From Nitrospirota bacterium (GTDB lineage: Bacteria > Nitrospirota > Thermodesulfovibrionia > Thermodesulfovibrionales > JdFR-86), in assembly GCA_963721805.1 (NCBI GenBank), contig CAVRJY010000001.1, forward strand, positions 288,001-352,000: a stretch of DNA of 64,000 nucleotides, given 5' to 3'. The stretch's first letter is position 1. Each line of letters starts with the position of its first letter. Positions 1 through 10,261 of this stretch are shown piece after piece. Both the position numbers and the translations under genes were made by a program. The notes under the pieces were generated by a model. It had not been told where the DNA came from. It searched no databases and saw only the letters and a program-made list of their open reading frames with translations.

Positions 1-404
1 CCAACGGGGCCATAACCCCGAAGGCCGCGATCTCTCAGGCCGCATCGATCATCATCGAGCACATGGGATTTTTCGTGTTCGAGCACGGCGAGGAGGGCGC
101 GGAGCCCGATATGCTCGTCTCGAAGGGCATGCACCAGGAGGCGATCTTCAACGAGAACCTGCTTAAGAGCGTCGAGGAGCTCGAGCTCTCCGTGCGCGCC
201 CACAACTGCCTCAAGAACGCCGACATAAAGACCATCGCCGACCTCGTCGAGAAGAGCGAAAACGAGATGCTCCGCACCAAGAACTTCGGCCGCAAGTCGT
301 TAAACGAGATCAAGGAGATCATCAACGGCATGGGCCTGGACTTCGGGATGCGCGTGGACCGCGAAGCCCTCGAAAAATACAAGGAGAAAACCAATGCGTC
401 ATAA
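1..404 (+). CDS. rpoA: RNA polymerase alpha subunit, C-terminal part (5' truncated by window)
   Basis: alpha-CTD motif VEELELSVRAHNCLKNADIKTIADLV...LRTKNFGRKSLNEIK; directly upstream of rplQ. Confidence 0.97.
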   Translation, partial: NGAITPKAAISQAASIIIEHMGFFVFEHGEEGAEPDMLVSKGMHQEAIFNENLLKSVEELELSVRAHNCLKNADIKTIADLVEKSENEMLRTKNFGRKSLNEIKEIINGMGLDFGMRVDREALEKYKEKTNAS

Positions 405-798
405 AGTGGCCGGAAAGCTGTTCCACAGGACGGCCAACCAGAGGAAGGCCCTGCTGAGGTGCCTCGTCTCGAGCCTGTTCGAGCACCAGAGGATCGAGAC
501 CACGGTCTCGAAGGCACGCGAGACCCGCAAGATCGCCGAGCGCCTCATCACGCTGGGCAAGCGCGGCGACCTTCACGCGAAGCGCACCGTAATGGCATCG
601 ATCCCGAACCGCAAGCTCATGGTAAAGCTGTTTGACGAGATCGCGCCGCGCCTCATGGACCGTCCGGGCGGCTACCTGCGCATCATCAAGACCCGCGTGC
701 GCGTCAACGACTGCTCCGAGATGGCCGTGCTCGAGTTCGTAGACTTCGAGAGCATCCGCGAGGCCGCCGCCAAGCCCGCCGCCAAGAAGGAAGCCTAG
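394..798 (+). CDS. rplQ: 50S ribosomal protein L17
   Basis: MRHKVAGKL..RKALLR..IETTVSKA..ERLIT..RPGGYLRIIK motif. Confidence 0.97.
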   Translation: MRHKVAGKLFHRTANQRKALLRCLVSSLFEHQRIETTVSKARETRKIAERLITLGKRGDLHAKRTVMASIPNRKLMVKLFDEIAPRLMDRPGGYLRIIKTRVRVNDCSEMAVLEFVDFESIREAAAKPAAKKEA

Positions 799-800
799 AG

Positions 801-971
801 CTGAATACCAACGACCTCGTAACGATTCTCTTAGTCGTGGGCGTGTACATCGCGATGAGGGTCGTGCTCAGGAAGATGGGAGTGCCGACCTGAGGCGCGA
901 GCACGGGGCCGGTCGGCCCCTCAGGTAAGGGCAATAAAGGTTGCTGCCCGATGCCGCCCAGCAAGAAATAG
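801..971 (+). CDS. Putative small membrane selenoprotein (CTG start, in-frame UGA at 891-893); 30-aa peptide if UGA is a stop
   Basis: Reads (M)NTNDLVTILLVVGVYIAMRVVLRKMGVPT-UGA-GASTGPVGPSGKGNKGCCPMPPSKK; GGGGCC-GGTC-GGCCCC hairpin at 905-920; purine-rich AAGAAGGA upstream; terminator follows the readthrough TAG. Confidence 0.6.
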
Positions 972-990
972 CTTAATCAGCCGCTCTACG

Positions 991-1018
991 GCCGCTCCCG
1001 CAAGGGGGCGGCTTTTTT
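991..1018 (+). terminator. Intrinsic terminator of the alpha operon
   Basis: gccgctccc-gcaa-gggggcggc followed by a T tract. Confidence 0.85.
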
Positions 1019-1085
1019 GTTGAGTGAGCGGCTTAACTCAGCAGGCCGGAATCTGGTATATTATCCCTTAAAGGAGACACGAGAA

Positions 1086-1529
1086 ATGAACTGCAGGATA
1101 TCCCTTATAGGCGCCATCATTTTAGCCGCAGCGGTCCTGTCCGCAGCCGGTGCGTCCGCGCAGGACAAGGCCAATTTCAAGGACGGGATGTGGGAGATCA
1201 CCTCTACGATGACGATGGAGGGGATGGCCATGGGCTCGCAGACCAGCACCGTCAAGCAGTGCATGAAGTCCGACAACCCCGTGCCAGCGAACAAGAACAG
1301 CAACTGCAAGATCGACAGCCTCAACATAAGCGGCAATACCGTGGCATGGAAGATGACCTGCGATAACCCGCAGGGCGGCAAGGTCCAGAGCAACGGCAAG
1401 ATGACGTACGAAAACGGGACGAGCTTCTACGGGACGATGGAGACGAGCTTCGCCGGAGCCCAGCAGGAGATGAAGATGCAGAGTGACATGCGGGGGCACT
1501 ACGTCGGGCCCTGCACGAACGGGAAGTAG
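1086..1529 (+). CDS. Exported DUF3617-like protein
   Basis: Signal peptide; GMWEITSTM..QC..NCKI..WKMTC..G.YVGPC pattern; AAGGAG RBS. Confidence 0.75.
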   Translation: MNCRISLIGAIILAAAVLSAAGASAQDKANFKDGMWEITSTMTMEGMAMGSQTSTVKQCMKSDNPVPANKNSNCKIDSLNISGNTVAWKMTCDNPQGGKVQSNGKMTYENGTSFYGTMETSFAGAQQEMKMQSDMRGHYVGPCTNGK

Positions 1530-1547
1530 GGTTCGGTAACCTTTTTC

Positions 1548-1730
1548 AAAGCGCACCAAATCGCTTGATACGTTGTCGCGGCCTCGGAAATCCGTCCTCG
1601 ATGTACGCCCAAGTACACCGTCGGACGTTTTCCTCGCCGCTCCTAGTCTGAAGCCGATTTGGGCGCGCTTTCGGGGGTTGGTCGCGGCTCCGCCGCTGGA
1701 CCCCCGCGCCCCCGTGGTCAACGGCTTTAA
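1548..1730 (+). repeat. Palindromic intergenic repeat (MITE/REP-like), copy A
   Basis: Ends AAAGCGCACCAAATCG / CGATTTGGGCGCGCTTT (1548-1671), central GTAC-N6-GTAC, tail ending GGTCAACGGCTTTAA. Confidence 0.85.
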
Positions 1731-1764
1731 CCAAAACTTAACCCCCGCTTCATCATGCCTGAAC
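1727..1764 (+). promoter_or_regulatory. PHO-box-like 11-bp-phased direct repeats
   Basis: TTAAC(1727) TTAAC(1738) TTCAT(1749) TGAAC(1760); nearly identical to the pstS upstream array; -10-like TAAAGT at 1776. Confidence 0.7.
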
Positions 1765-1786
1765 GGCCCGTGTTGTAAAGTCAATT

Positions 1787-1984
1787 ATGGACAAAGAAAG
1801 ACAGAAGAGCATTGGCACGGGCCAGTGCGCCGATTATCAGAAGGGCGTGAGGCGGTGCGTCAAGGGCATGGGCGTGACGCCGCTTTACAGACTGTATTTC
1901 TGCGAGTCGATGCCCGAGCGATGCCCGCTTCGGCGGGGCATGAAGGCCGATAACCGCGTATTGGAATCCGGAGGTATGCAATGA
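1787..1984 (+). CDS. Small 4-Cys protein (paralogue of 50933-51121)
   Basis: CADY..RC..FCES...CPL pattern; stop overlaps the next start (ATGA). Confidence 0.6.
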   Translation: MDKERQKSIGTGQCADYQKGVRRCVKGMGVTPLYRLYFCESMPERCPLRRGMKADNRVLESGGMQ

Positions 1985-2427
1985 CCGATACATGCATGGC
2001 GCTTAACCCCGCGGATTCGCTGGCCGCCCGGGTGATCGGGAGGCGCGCATCCGCGCTGGCCGAGATCAGCGCCGGGTTCGCGGCTGCGATCCGAGAGGGG
2101 CTCTGCAAGTATGTCGTGCGGGGCGTCGTCTCTGAACTCGAAAGGCACGCGGCCGAGGGCCTTTCATACGAAGAGCTGTGCATGGCGCGAATCGACCGCA
2201 ATGAGATAGACCGCCATTTAACAGAGCACGAGCGCTTCAGGGACGAGCTCGCGAGGCTCCGGGCGGACCTTGGCTGCCTGCGGCCCGACCGCTCCAACGC
2301 GTCCTATGAGCTCTCGGTCGAGATCAACCGGCTCCTGGCCGACTGGCTGAGGCAGCACGTCGGCCGCATGGACGCGAGCCTCGTCGAATCGCTCCGCAAG
2401 GGGGCGAGCGACCCATACCCGCTCTAA
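1981..2427 (+). CDS. Degenerate hemerythrin-like protein
   Basis: YEELCM..HLTEHERF..DWLRQHVGRMD matches the C-terminal half of hemerythrin. Confidence 0.65.
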   Translation: MTDTCMALNPADSLAARVIGRRASALAEISAGFAAAIREGLCKYVVRGVVSELERHAAEGLSYEELCMARIDRNEIDRHLTEHERFRDELARLRADLGCLRPDRSNASYELSVEINRLLADWLRQHVGRMDASLVESLRKGASDPYPL

Positions 2428-2620
2428 TTAAAGCCGTTGACCGCTCGCGCGATTAGGCATAGGCAACATTAAAGCGCGCCCAAATCGTCTTCAGACAAGG
2501 GGGCCGGTTGGCCCCTCTCCTTGGAAAGAGGTGCCCGTGGCACCCCGATGGTGTACTGTGACGTACATAGAGGGCGAGTCTTTGAAGCCCAACGCAGTAT
2601 CAAGCGATTTGACGCGCTTT
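2428..2620 (-). repeat. Palindromic intergenic repeat, copy B
   Basis: Same terminal inverted repeats (2471-2620) and TTAAAGCCGTTGACC tail, inverted relative to copy A. Confidence 0.85.
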
Positions 2621-2672
2621 GTAGAAGCAATCTCCCCTTGATTAGGGTCGACGCGTAACTGTACAATTTTAA

Positions 2673-2846
2673 ATGGCCGGTAGAGAGCTGTTTATTTTCT
2701 TGTTCGCGTTCGGGCTGGTCCTTTTCGACTGGCCCGCGCTCCTGATATTCCGCGACTCGCTGCCGGTAAGCCTTTTTGCGTGCTGGGGCGTCTTCATCGC
2801 CGCGCTCGGGTTCCTCTCCAGCCGCATAGCCTCGCGGAAGGGCTGA
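2673..2846 (+). CDS. Small two-TM membrane protein preceding the SLC5-sensor kinase
   Basis: MAGRELFIFLFAFGLVLFDWPALLIF..LFACWGVFIAALGFLSSR, 57 aa, not in the ORF track; ends 2 nt before the kinase ATG. Confidence 0.7.
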   Translation: MAGRELFIFLFAFGLVLFDWPALLIFRDSLPVSLFACWGVFIAALGFLSSRIASRKG

Positions 2847-2848
2847 GC

Positions 2849-5806
2849 ATGTTTCAGGGCTGGCACCTCTTCATGATCACGGCCGGGTATCTCACGCTCC
2901 TGTTCGCAGCGGCCTATCTGGCCGAGATGAAGAAGGCCAGCGGCCGCAGCATCGTCGCGAACCCCTACGTCTACTCGCTCTCGATGGCGGTTTACTGCAC
3001 TTCCTGGACGTTCTATGGCAGCGTGGGCAAGGCCGCCACCTCCGGGCTCTCGTTTCTGACGACGTATCTAGGCCCCACGCTGATGGCCGCGCTGTGGTGG
3101 GTTGTGCTCCGCAAGATCGTGACCATATGCCGCGAAAACCGGATCACCACGATCTCGGACTTCATAGGCTCCAGATACGGCAACTCGCTGCTGCTCTCGG
3201 CGCTCGTGACGGTCGTCGCCGCGGTCGGCATCTCTCCGTACCTCGGCCTGCAGATCAAGGCGATCATCACGACCTTTACGATCCTCTCGGGCGAGCCGCG
3301 CGAGGGCGCGGCCTCGGGCATGTTACTGACGGTAATGGTCGGGATATTCGCGATGATCTTCGGCGCGCGGAGGCTCGGCCTGCGCGAGAAGCACGAGGGG
3401 CTCGTCTTCGCGGTTGCGCTGGAGTCGGTAATCAAGCTCGCGGCGTTTCTGGCGGTTGGGATATATGTGACATACGGCCTGTTTAACGGTTTCGGGGACA
3501 TCCTGGGCCGCATCGGGCAGAGCCAGTGGCATTCGCTGCTGCGGCTCGGCGAGGGATCGGCCACCGGGTATTCCGAGTGGGCCTCGCTGATGTTCATGTC
3601 GATGATGGCGATCATGTTCCTGCCCCGGCAGTTCCATGTCGCGGTGGTCGAAAACCACGACGAGCGCCACATCTTAAAGGCGATGTGGATGTTCCCGCTC
3701 TATCTCCTGCTGATAAACGTCTTCGTGCTCCCGATTGCGTTCGGCGGGCTGCTGCTGGGCGGCGACCCGAAGGCCGCCGACTCCTTCGTGCTCTCGATCC
3801 CGATGTCGCAGGGCAATGCCATGATCACGCTGCTCGTGTTTCTCGGGGGATTTTCCGCCGCGACCGGGATGCTGATAGTCGAGTCGCTCGCTATCAGCAA
3901 CATGGTGATGAACAACCTGATAACGCCGTTTATGTTCCGCTACCGCTTCGAACGGCTGGACGATTTCCCGACGGTGCTGATCAACATAAAGCGCGTCGTG
4001 ATATTCCTGTTCGTATTCGCCGGGTACGTTATCGCGGTGAATATAGGGGAGTTCTACTCGCTCGTGGACATGGGGCTTAAGTCCTTCGAGGCCGTGACGA
4101 TATTCGCCCCGGCAGTATTCTTCGGGCTCTACTGGAAGCGCGGCAACCGCTGGGGCGCGATGGCCGGCGTGCTCGGCGGGTTCGTCGTATGGCTTTACAT
4201 GCTCCTGCTGCCTGCGATGGTGAAGTCCGGCGTGGTAGCCCCAGGCGGGATCGTGGCCTACTTGATGGGCTCCGAGCACCTCAACCCGCTGGCCTTCATG
4301 GGCATGACCGGGTTGGACCGCTGGAGCCACTCATTGTTCTGGGGCCTCTCGGTGAACATCACGCTATTCGTGGGAATATCGCTCCTGACGCGCCGCGACG
4401 AATCGGAAGAACGCCAGGCCCTGCTGTTTGTGGAGTCTTTCTCGCCGACGGTGCTGCACGCAAAAAATACCGTCGACGACATCAGCGATGCGATAGGCCA
4501 GTTCATCGGCCGGCCGGAGGCCCAGCGCGTGATCGAGGAGTTCATGGACCGGGAGGGGATCGACCCGAAGGCCGTGGACTCCACCGCCATGATGAAGCTG
4601 CGCGAGGAGGCCCGCCGCGTGCTCTCCGGCGCGCTTGGCTCCCCTATCGCGGCCCTCGTGCTCGAAGACCACCTCGCGCAGACGACCGAGGAGCGCGCCG
4701 CGGTGCTCGAGAGCATACGCCAGATGACGCGCACGCTGAGGCTCTCGCGGCAGGAACTGGCCGAGACGAACCGCCAGCTCGCGTTTTTAAAGGAATTCTC
4801 CGAAAACATCATCGAGAGCATACCGCTGGGGGTGGCCACGGTCGACACCTCGTCGCGCGTCACCTACTGGAACGGCACGATGAGGCGCATCACCGGCACG
4901 GACAGAAACGACGCGATGGGGCTGCACGCCGACCGGCTGCTCCGCCCCCTGATGCCGGAGCTCATCGGCCCCTCGGGCGGCATAGAGCGCGAGGGCGGGC
5001 TCGTATGCTCCTCTCCGGGCAAGGTGCTCTCGGTCTATGTCACGAGGCTGATGGGCGGCAGGCAGGGCCGCGTGGTCGTGGTCGAGGACATCACCGAGAA
5101 GCGCAAGATCGAGGAGGAGCTGTTTCGCACGACCAAGCACGCCAGCATCGGCAGGCTCGCGGCAGGCGTCTCGCACGAGATCGGAAACCCGCTGGCCTCC
5201 ATATCGTCGCTCGTGCAGGAGATGATCGCGGAGGACACGACGCCCTTCGTCGGCGAATCGCTCGATACGATCCACCACCACGTCGACCGCATAGCGCGGA
5301 TCGTCCGGAGCCTCGGGGACTTCGCCCGCCTGCACCCGCGCGAGAAGGCCCCGGCGGACCTCGCGGTCGTGCTCGAGACCACGATGCGCCTCGTGCGCTA
5401 CGACAAGAACTTCAGGAAGATCAACCTGCACGTCAACCTCTCCCCGGTGCCCCCGGTCGTGGTCGACACGGACCAGATGCAGCAGGTATTCCTCAATTTA
5501 TTCCTCAACGCCAGCGACGCGATGCCCGATGGCGGCGACCTGACGGTCACGCTGCACCCCTCGGCCCCGGGCGGCGTCGAGGTCGAGTTCGCCGACACCG
5601 GCAAGGGGATCGACGAGGCCGTGATGGACAAGATATTCGACCCGTTTTTCAGCACCAAGGGCCCGGCGCGCGGCACCGGCCTTGGCCTCAGCATCAGTTA
5701 CAGTATAATAAAAGACCACGGCGGCACGATCTCGGTCCGCCCCGGGAGGCAGCGCGGGGCGAGCTTCGTCATAACGCTTCCTGCGGCAAAGGGGGAACTC
5801 ATTTAA
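2849..5806 (+). CDS. Na+/solute symporter (SLC5)-PAS-histidine kinase fusion, CrbS/CbrA-like
   Basis: YSLSMAVYCTSWTFYGSVG and PRQFHVAVVE SLC5-kinase motifs; H-box GVSHEIGNPL; G-box FFSTK..GTGLGL. Confidence 0.92.
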   Translation: MFQGWHLFMITAGYLTLLFAAAYLAEMKKASGRSIVANPYVYSLSMAVYCTSWTFYGSVGKAATSGLSFLTTYLGPTLMAALWWVVLRKIVTICRENRITTISDFIGSRYGNSLLLSALVTVVAAVGISPYLGLQIKAIITTFTILSGEPREGAASGMLLTVMVGIFAMIFGARRLGLREKHEGLVFAVALESVIKLAAFLAVGIYVTYGLFNGFGDILGRIGQSQWHSLLRLGEGSATGYSEWASLMFMSMMAIMFLPRQFHVAVVENHDERHILKAMWMFPLYLLLINVFVLPIAFGGLLLGGDPKAADSFVLSIPMSQGNAMITLLVFLGGFSAATGMLIVESLAISNMVMNNLITPFMFRYRFERLDDFPTVLINIKRVVIFLFVFAGYVIAVNIGEFYSLVDMGLKSFEAVTIFAPAVFFGLYWKRGNRWGAMAGVLGGFVVWLYMLLLPAMVKSGVVAPGGIVAYLMGSEHLNPLAFMGMTGLDRWSHSLFWGLSVNITLFVGISLLTRRDESEERQALLFVESFSPTVLHAKNTVDDISDAIGQFIGRPEAQRVIEEFMDREGIDPKAVDSTAMMKLREEARRVLSGALGSPIAALVLEDHLAQTTEERAAVLESIRQMTRTLRLSRQELAETNRQLAFLKEFSENIIESIPLGVATVDTSSRVTYWNGTMRRITGTDRNDAMGLHADRLLRPLMPELIGPSGGIEREGGLVCSSPGKVLSVYVTRLMGGRQGRVVVVEDITEKRKIEEELFRTTKHASIGRLAAGVSHEIGNPLASISSLVQEMIAEDTTPFVGESLDTIHHHVDRIARIVRSLGDFARLHPREKAPADLAVVLETTMRLVRYDKNFRKINLHVNLSPVPPVVVDTDQMQQVFLNLFLNASDAMPDGGDLTVTLHPSAPGGVEVEFADTGKGIDEAVMDKIFDPFFSTKGPARGTGLGLSISYSIIKDHGGTISVRPGRQRGASFVITLPAAKGELI

Positions 5807-5809
5807 CCT

Positions 5810-7188
<1,379 letters not shown>

Positions 7189-7192
<4 letters not shown>

Positions 7193-9072
7193 TCAAGGCC
7201 GACATAATCAGGTTTCTGAAGGCCACGCCGCCATTTCACTTTCTCAAGGATTCGGAGCTCGACCTTATCGCCGATGACATAGCGATAGAGTTCTATCCCA
7301 GGGGGACGAAGATTCTCGTGCAGGACGGCCCGCCGAGCGATTTTCTGAGGATCATAAAAAAAGGCGGGGTCAAGGTCTTCGTCTCATCCGAGACCGGCGA
7401 GGAGTTAGATATCGACTTCAGGGGCGAGGGCGAGCAGTTCGGGTTCCTCTCGGTCGTCGGCGCGGACCGCTCGAGGGCGAACGTGCTCGCGGTCGAGGAT
7501 ACGATCTGCTACCTCATCCCGCGCGATAAGGTCTTTAAGGTGCTCCAGAAAAACTCCGAGGTCAACGAGTTTTTCATGCGCTCGTTTTTTTTAAATTTCA
7601 TCGACAAGACATACGACGAGACCAGGCGCAACATGACCGGCCTGGGCGACGTGGACCGGCAGCTCTTCATCACCCCGGTCGGGCTCATCCTCAAGAAGGC
7701 CCCGATGACCACGGCCGGGACCGCCTCGATACAGGACGCCGCGCGGCTGATGTCCGCTGAGCGCATCAGCTCGCTGATCGTGACAGGCCCCTCGGGCGAG
7801 CCTGCCGGTATCATCACCGACCGCGACTTGCGGGCCAAGGTCGTGGCCTCGGGGCGTTCTATCGGCGACCCTGTCAGCTCGATAATGAGCGCGCCGCTTA
7901 TCACAGTAAACGCCGAGGAGAACTGTTTTGAGGCCCTGCTTCGCATGATCCGCCACAAGATCCACCATATAATAGTGGTCGAGGCAGGCAGGTTCAAGGG
8001 GATAGTCACGAACCACGACTTCATGGTCCTGCAGGGCTCGGCCCCCACGGCGCTCGTCAAGGAGATGGACGACATGAAGGGCGTGGACGAGCTTGCGGGC
8101 GTGGTGCCCAAGCTATACAAGAACGTCTCAAACCTGATGCGCGAGGGCGCGCGCGCGGCGAACGTCACGGGGCTTATAACCGAGGTCATCGAGAAGCTCC
8201 TGATCCGGCTGATAGAGTTCGCCGAGCGCAAGCTCGGGCCCGCTCCGCTGCCATACACCGTGGCGATGATCGGCGCGGGCGGCAGGCGCGAACTCACGCT
8301 CGGCCTCGACGTCCGCCTCGCGATCATATTCGCCGACAGCCCCAACCTCTCGCTCGTCAGGGAGACGTGCAAGTACTTCGAGGGCTTCACTGACGAGCTC
8401 GGCGCGGGGCTGATTGCGTGCGGCATACGCTCGTGCACCGACCGCCTGAGGTCCGAAAACGTCCTGAGCCTCGCGGACTGGACCGTGCGGTTTGCGAAGC
8501 GGATAACCGATCCCGGGCAGAACTCCCCTGACCTCGCGCTGTTTGATATCAGGGCCATACACGGCGACGAGGCGCGCGTGGAGCAGCTCAGGGCCGCGTC
8601 GTTCAGCCTCGGCTCGTCGAGCCCGAAGTTCATCGACCACGCCTCGGAGCTTACGCTCTCTAACAGGCCGCCCCTTGGGTTCTTCGGAAAGTTCGTGGTC
8701 GAGAAGTCCGGCGAGCACCGAAACGAGCTCGACCTGTACGACAAGGGCGTCCGTCCGATAGCGGACGTGGCCCGGCTCTTCGCGTTTCATTACGACGTGC
8801 GCGACTACTCGACCACCCGCCGGCTCGCTACGCTTCGGGACCGCTACAAGTTCGAGGAGGCCGAGAACCTCCAGCACGCCTTCGACTACCTGATGACGCT
8901 CGCCGTGCATTTACAGCTCAGCCAGATCGAGAAGGGCTACGAGCCGGACGAGTTCGTAAACCCCGAGGCGCTCTCCGCGTTCGAGCGCCAGACGCTCAAG
9001 GAGTCGTTCCAGATGCTGACGAAGATCTACGCCCTGATCGAGAAGCGCGAAGCTGTAGAAAGACCCCAGTAG
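7189..9072 (+). CDS. cNMP-binding/CBS/DUF294 nucleotidyltransferase-like protein
   Basis: N-terminal cNMP domain, CBS pair (GIITDRDLR), G..GRRE, PPLGFFGKFVVEKSGEH. Confidence 0.9.
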
Positions 9073-9073
9073 G

Positions 9074-9790
9074 ATGATACTCCCGCGCCCCCTGGCATGC
9101 CTGTTCGGCACCGGCTCAGCCGACATGCCCGAGGCGCTCCGCCGCCACAGGGGCGCGAACAAGCGCCTCCGGCCCGACTTAGCGCTCGAGGAGGCCGAGT
9201 TCGTGGTCTTCGACACCGAGCTCACCGGGCTGTCGTACAAAAACGACTCGATAGTCTCGATAGGCGCGATCAGGATGCGCGGCGGGGCGATACTGGCCTC
9301 GACCGAGTTTTATCGGCTCGTCCGGCCCGAGACCGAGCTTCGCGGCGAGAGCGTCTGCATACACGAGATCACGCCCGACGAGCTCGCCTCTTCAGCGATG
9401 GAGCCCAAAGACGCGCTCGCGGAGTTCCTCGACTATGCCGGGGACGCGGTGCTCGTCGGGCACTTCGCCGAGATAGACGTGACGTTCGTAAGCCGGGCGA
9501 TGCGGCGGCACTTCTGCCTCCCGCTTCAGAGTCGTGCGGTAGACACCGCGCTCCTGCACGCATGGCTCCTCGCGCGCGGCTCTTCGCTAAGCCGCCACTT
9601 CGGCGGCTGGTGCCTCGATCAGAACCTCTTTACCATGGCTCGCCACTACGGGATCGAGCCGGGGGGCCAGGCGCACAACGCCCTGCTCGACGCGTTCGTC
9701 ACCGCGCAGCTCTTTCAGCGGCTGCTGGCGTTCCTGCCCGAGAGCGGCATAAAAAGCGTGGGCGGGCTACTTAAGGCGGGTGGGTTGTAA
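9074..9790 (+). CDS. DEDDh 3'-5' exonuclease (DnaQ-like)
   Basis: VVFDTELTGL, LVGH, AHNALLDA; typical partner of DUF294 genes. Confidence 0.9.
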   Translation: MILPRPLACLFGTGSADMPEALRRHRGANKRLRPDLALEEAEFVVFDTELTGLSYKNDSIVSIGAIRMRGGAILASTEFYRLVRPETELRGESVCIHEITPDELASSAMEPKDALAEFLDYAGDAVLVGHFAEIDVTFVSRAMRRHFCLPLQSRAVDTALLHAWLLARGSSLSRHFGGWCLDQNLFTMARHYGIEPGGQAHNALLDAFVTAQLFQRLLAFLPESGIKSVGGLLKAGGL

Positions 9791-9983
9791 TTGCCGATTG
9801 CCGTTGGGGAAGAGGGGTCCGTGACCCCCCGTGGCACCCTCTTGCTTTTATGGGATTGCTTATGCCATACTCAAAACTAGTTGCAGGAGTATTTTTAAGG
9901 AACACCACAGAGTACACCAAGCTATGCGGTTTCAGTAGAAGTTCTCCTTAGCACAATATCAGAGAAGAAAGGAGAACATTCAC

Positions 9984-10184
9984 ATGGCAAACGGCACTGT
10001 AAAGTGGTTCAACGAGTCCAAGGGTTTCGGCTTCATCACCGAGGACAATGGCACCGACGTTTTCGCGCATTTTTCAGCGATCAAGGGCGACGGCTTCAAG
10101 ACCCTTAACGAAGGCGATCGCGTCAGCTTCGAGATCGTAAACGGCGACAAGGGCCTCAAGGCTCAGGACATCGTCAAGATCTAA
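9984..10184 (+). CDS. cspA: Cold-shock protein
   Basis: [24 protein letters not shown]. Confidence 0.95.
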   Translation: MANGTVKWFNESKGFGFITEDNGTDVFAHFSAIKGDGFKTLNEGDRVSFEIVNGDKGLKAQDIVKI

Positions 10185-10198
10185 GTTTCGCACAAACC

Positions 10199-10233
10199 AA
10201 AAAGGCGGACCCGCAAGGGCCCGCCTTTTTTTT
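10199..10233. terminator. Bidirectional intrinsic terminator
   Basis: AAAAA-ggcggaccc-gcaa-gggcccgcc-TTTTTTTT between convergent genes. Confidence 0.85.
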
Positions 10234-10261
10234 ATTTCCAAATAGGATGTGAGCCGCTTCT

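Noticed and set aside
2469..2666. Apparent small-protein family (LILRWASKTRP..CT.. in ORFs 2469-2666, 50905-51393, 62390-62584)
   Set aside because: These are translations of the palindromic repeat with inconsistent starts and ends, not genes
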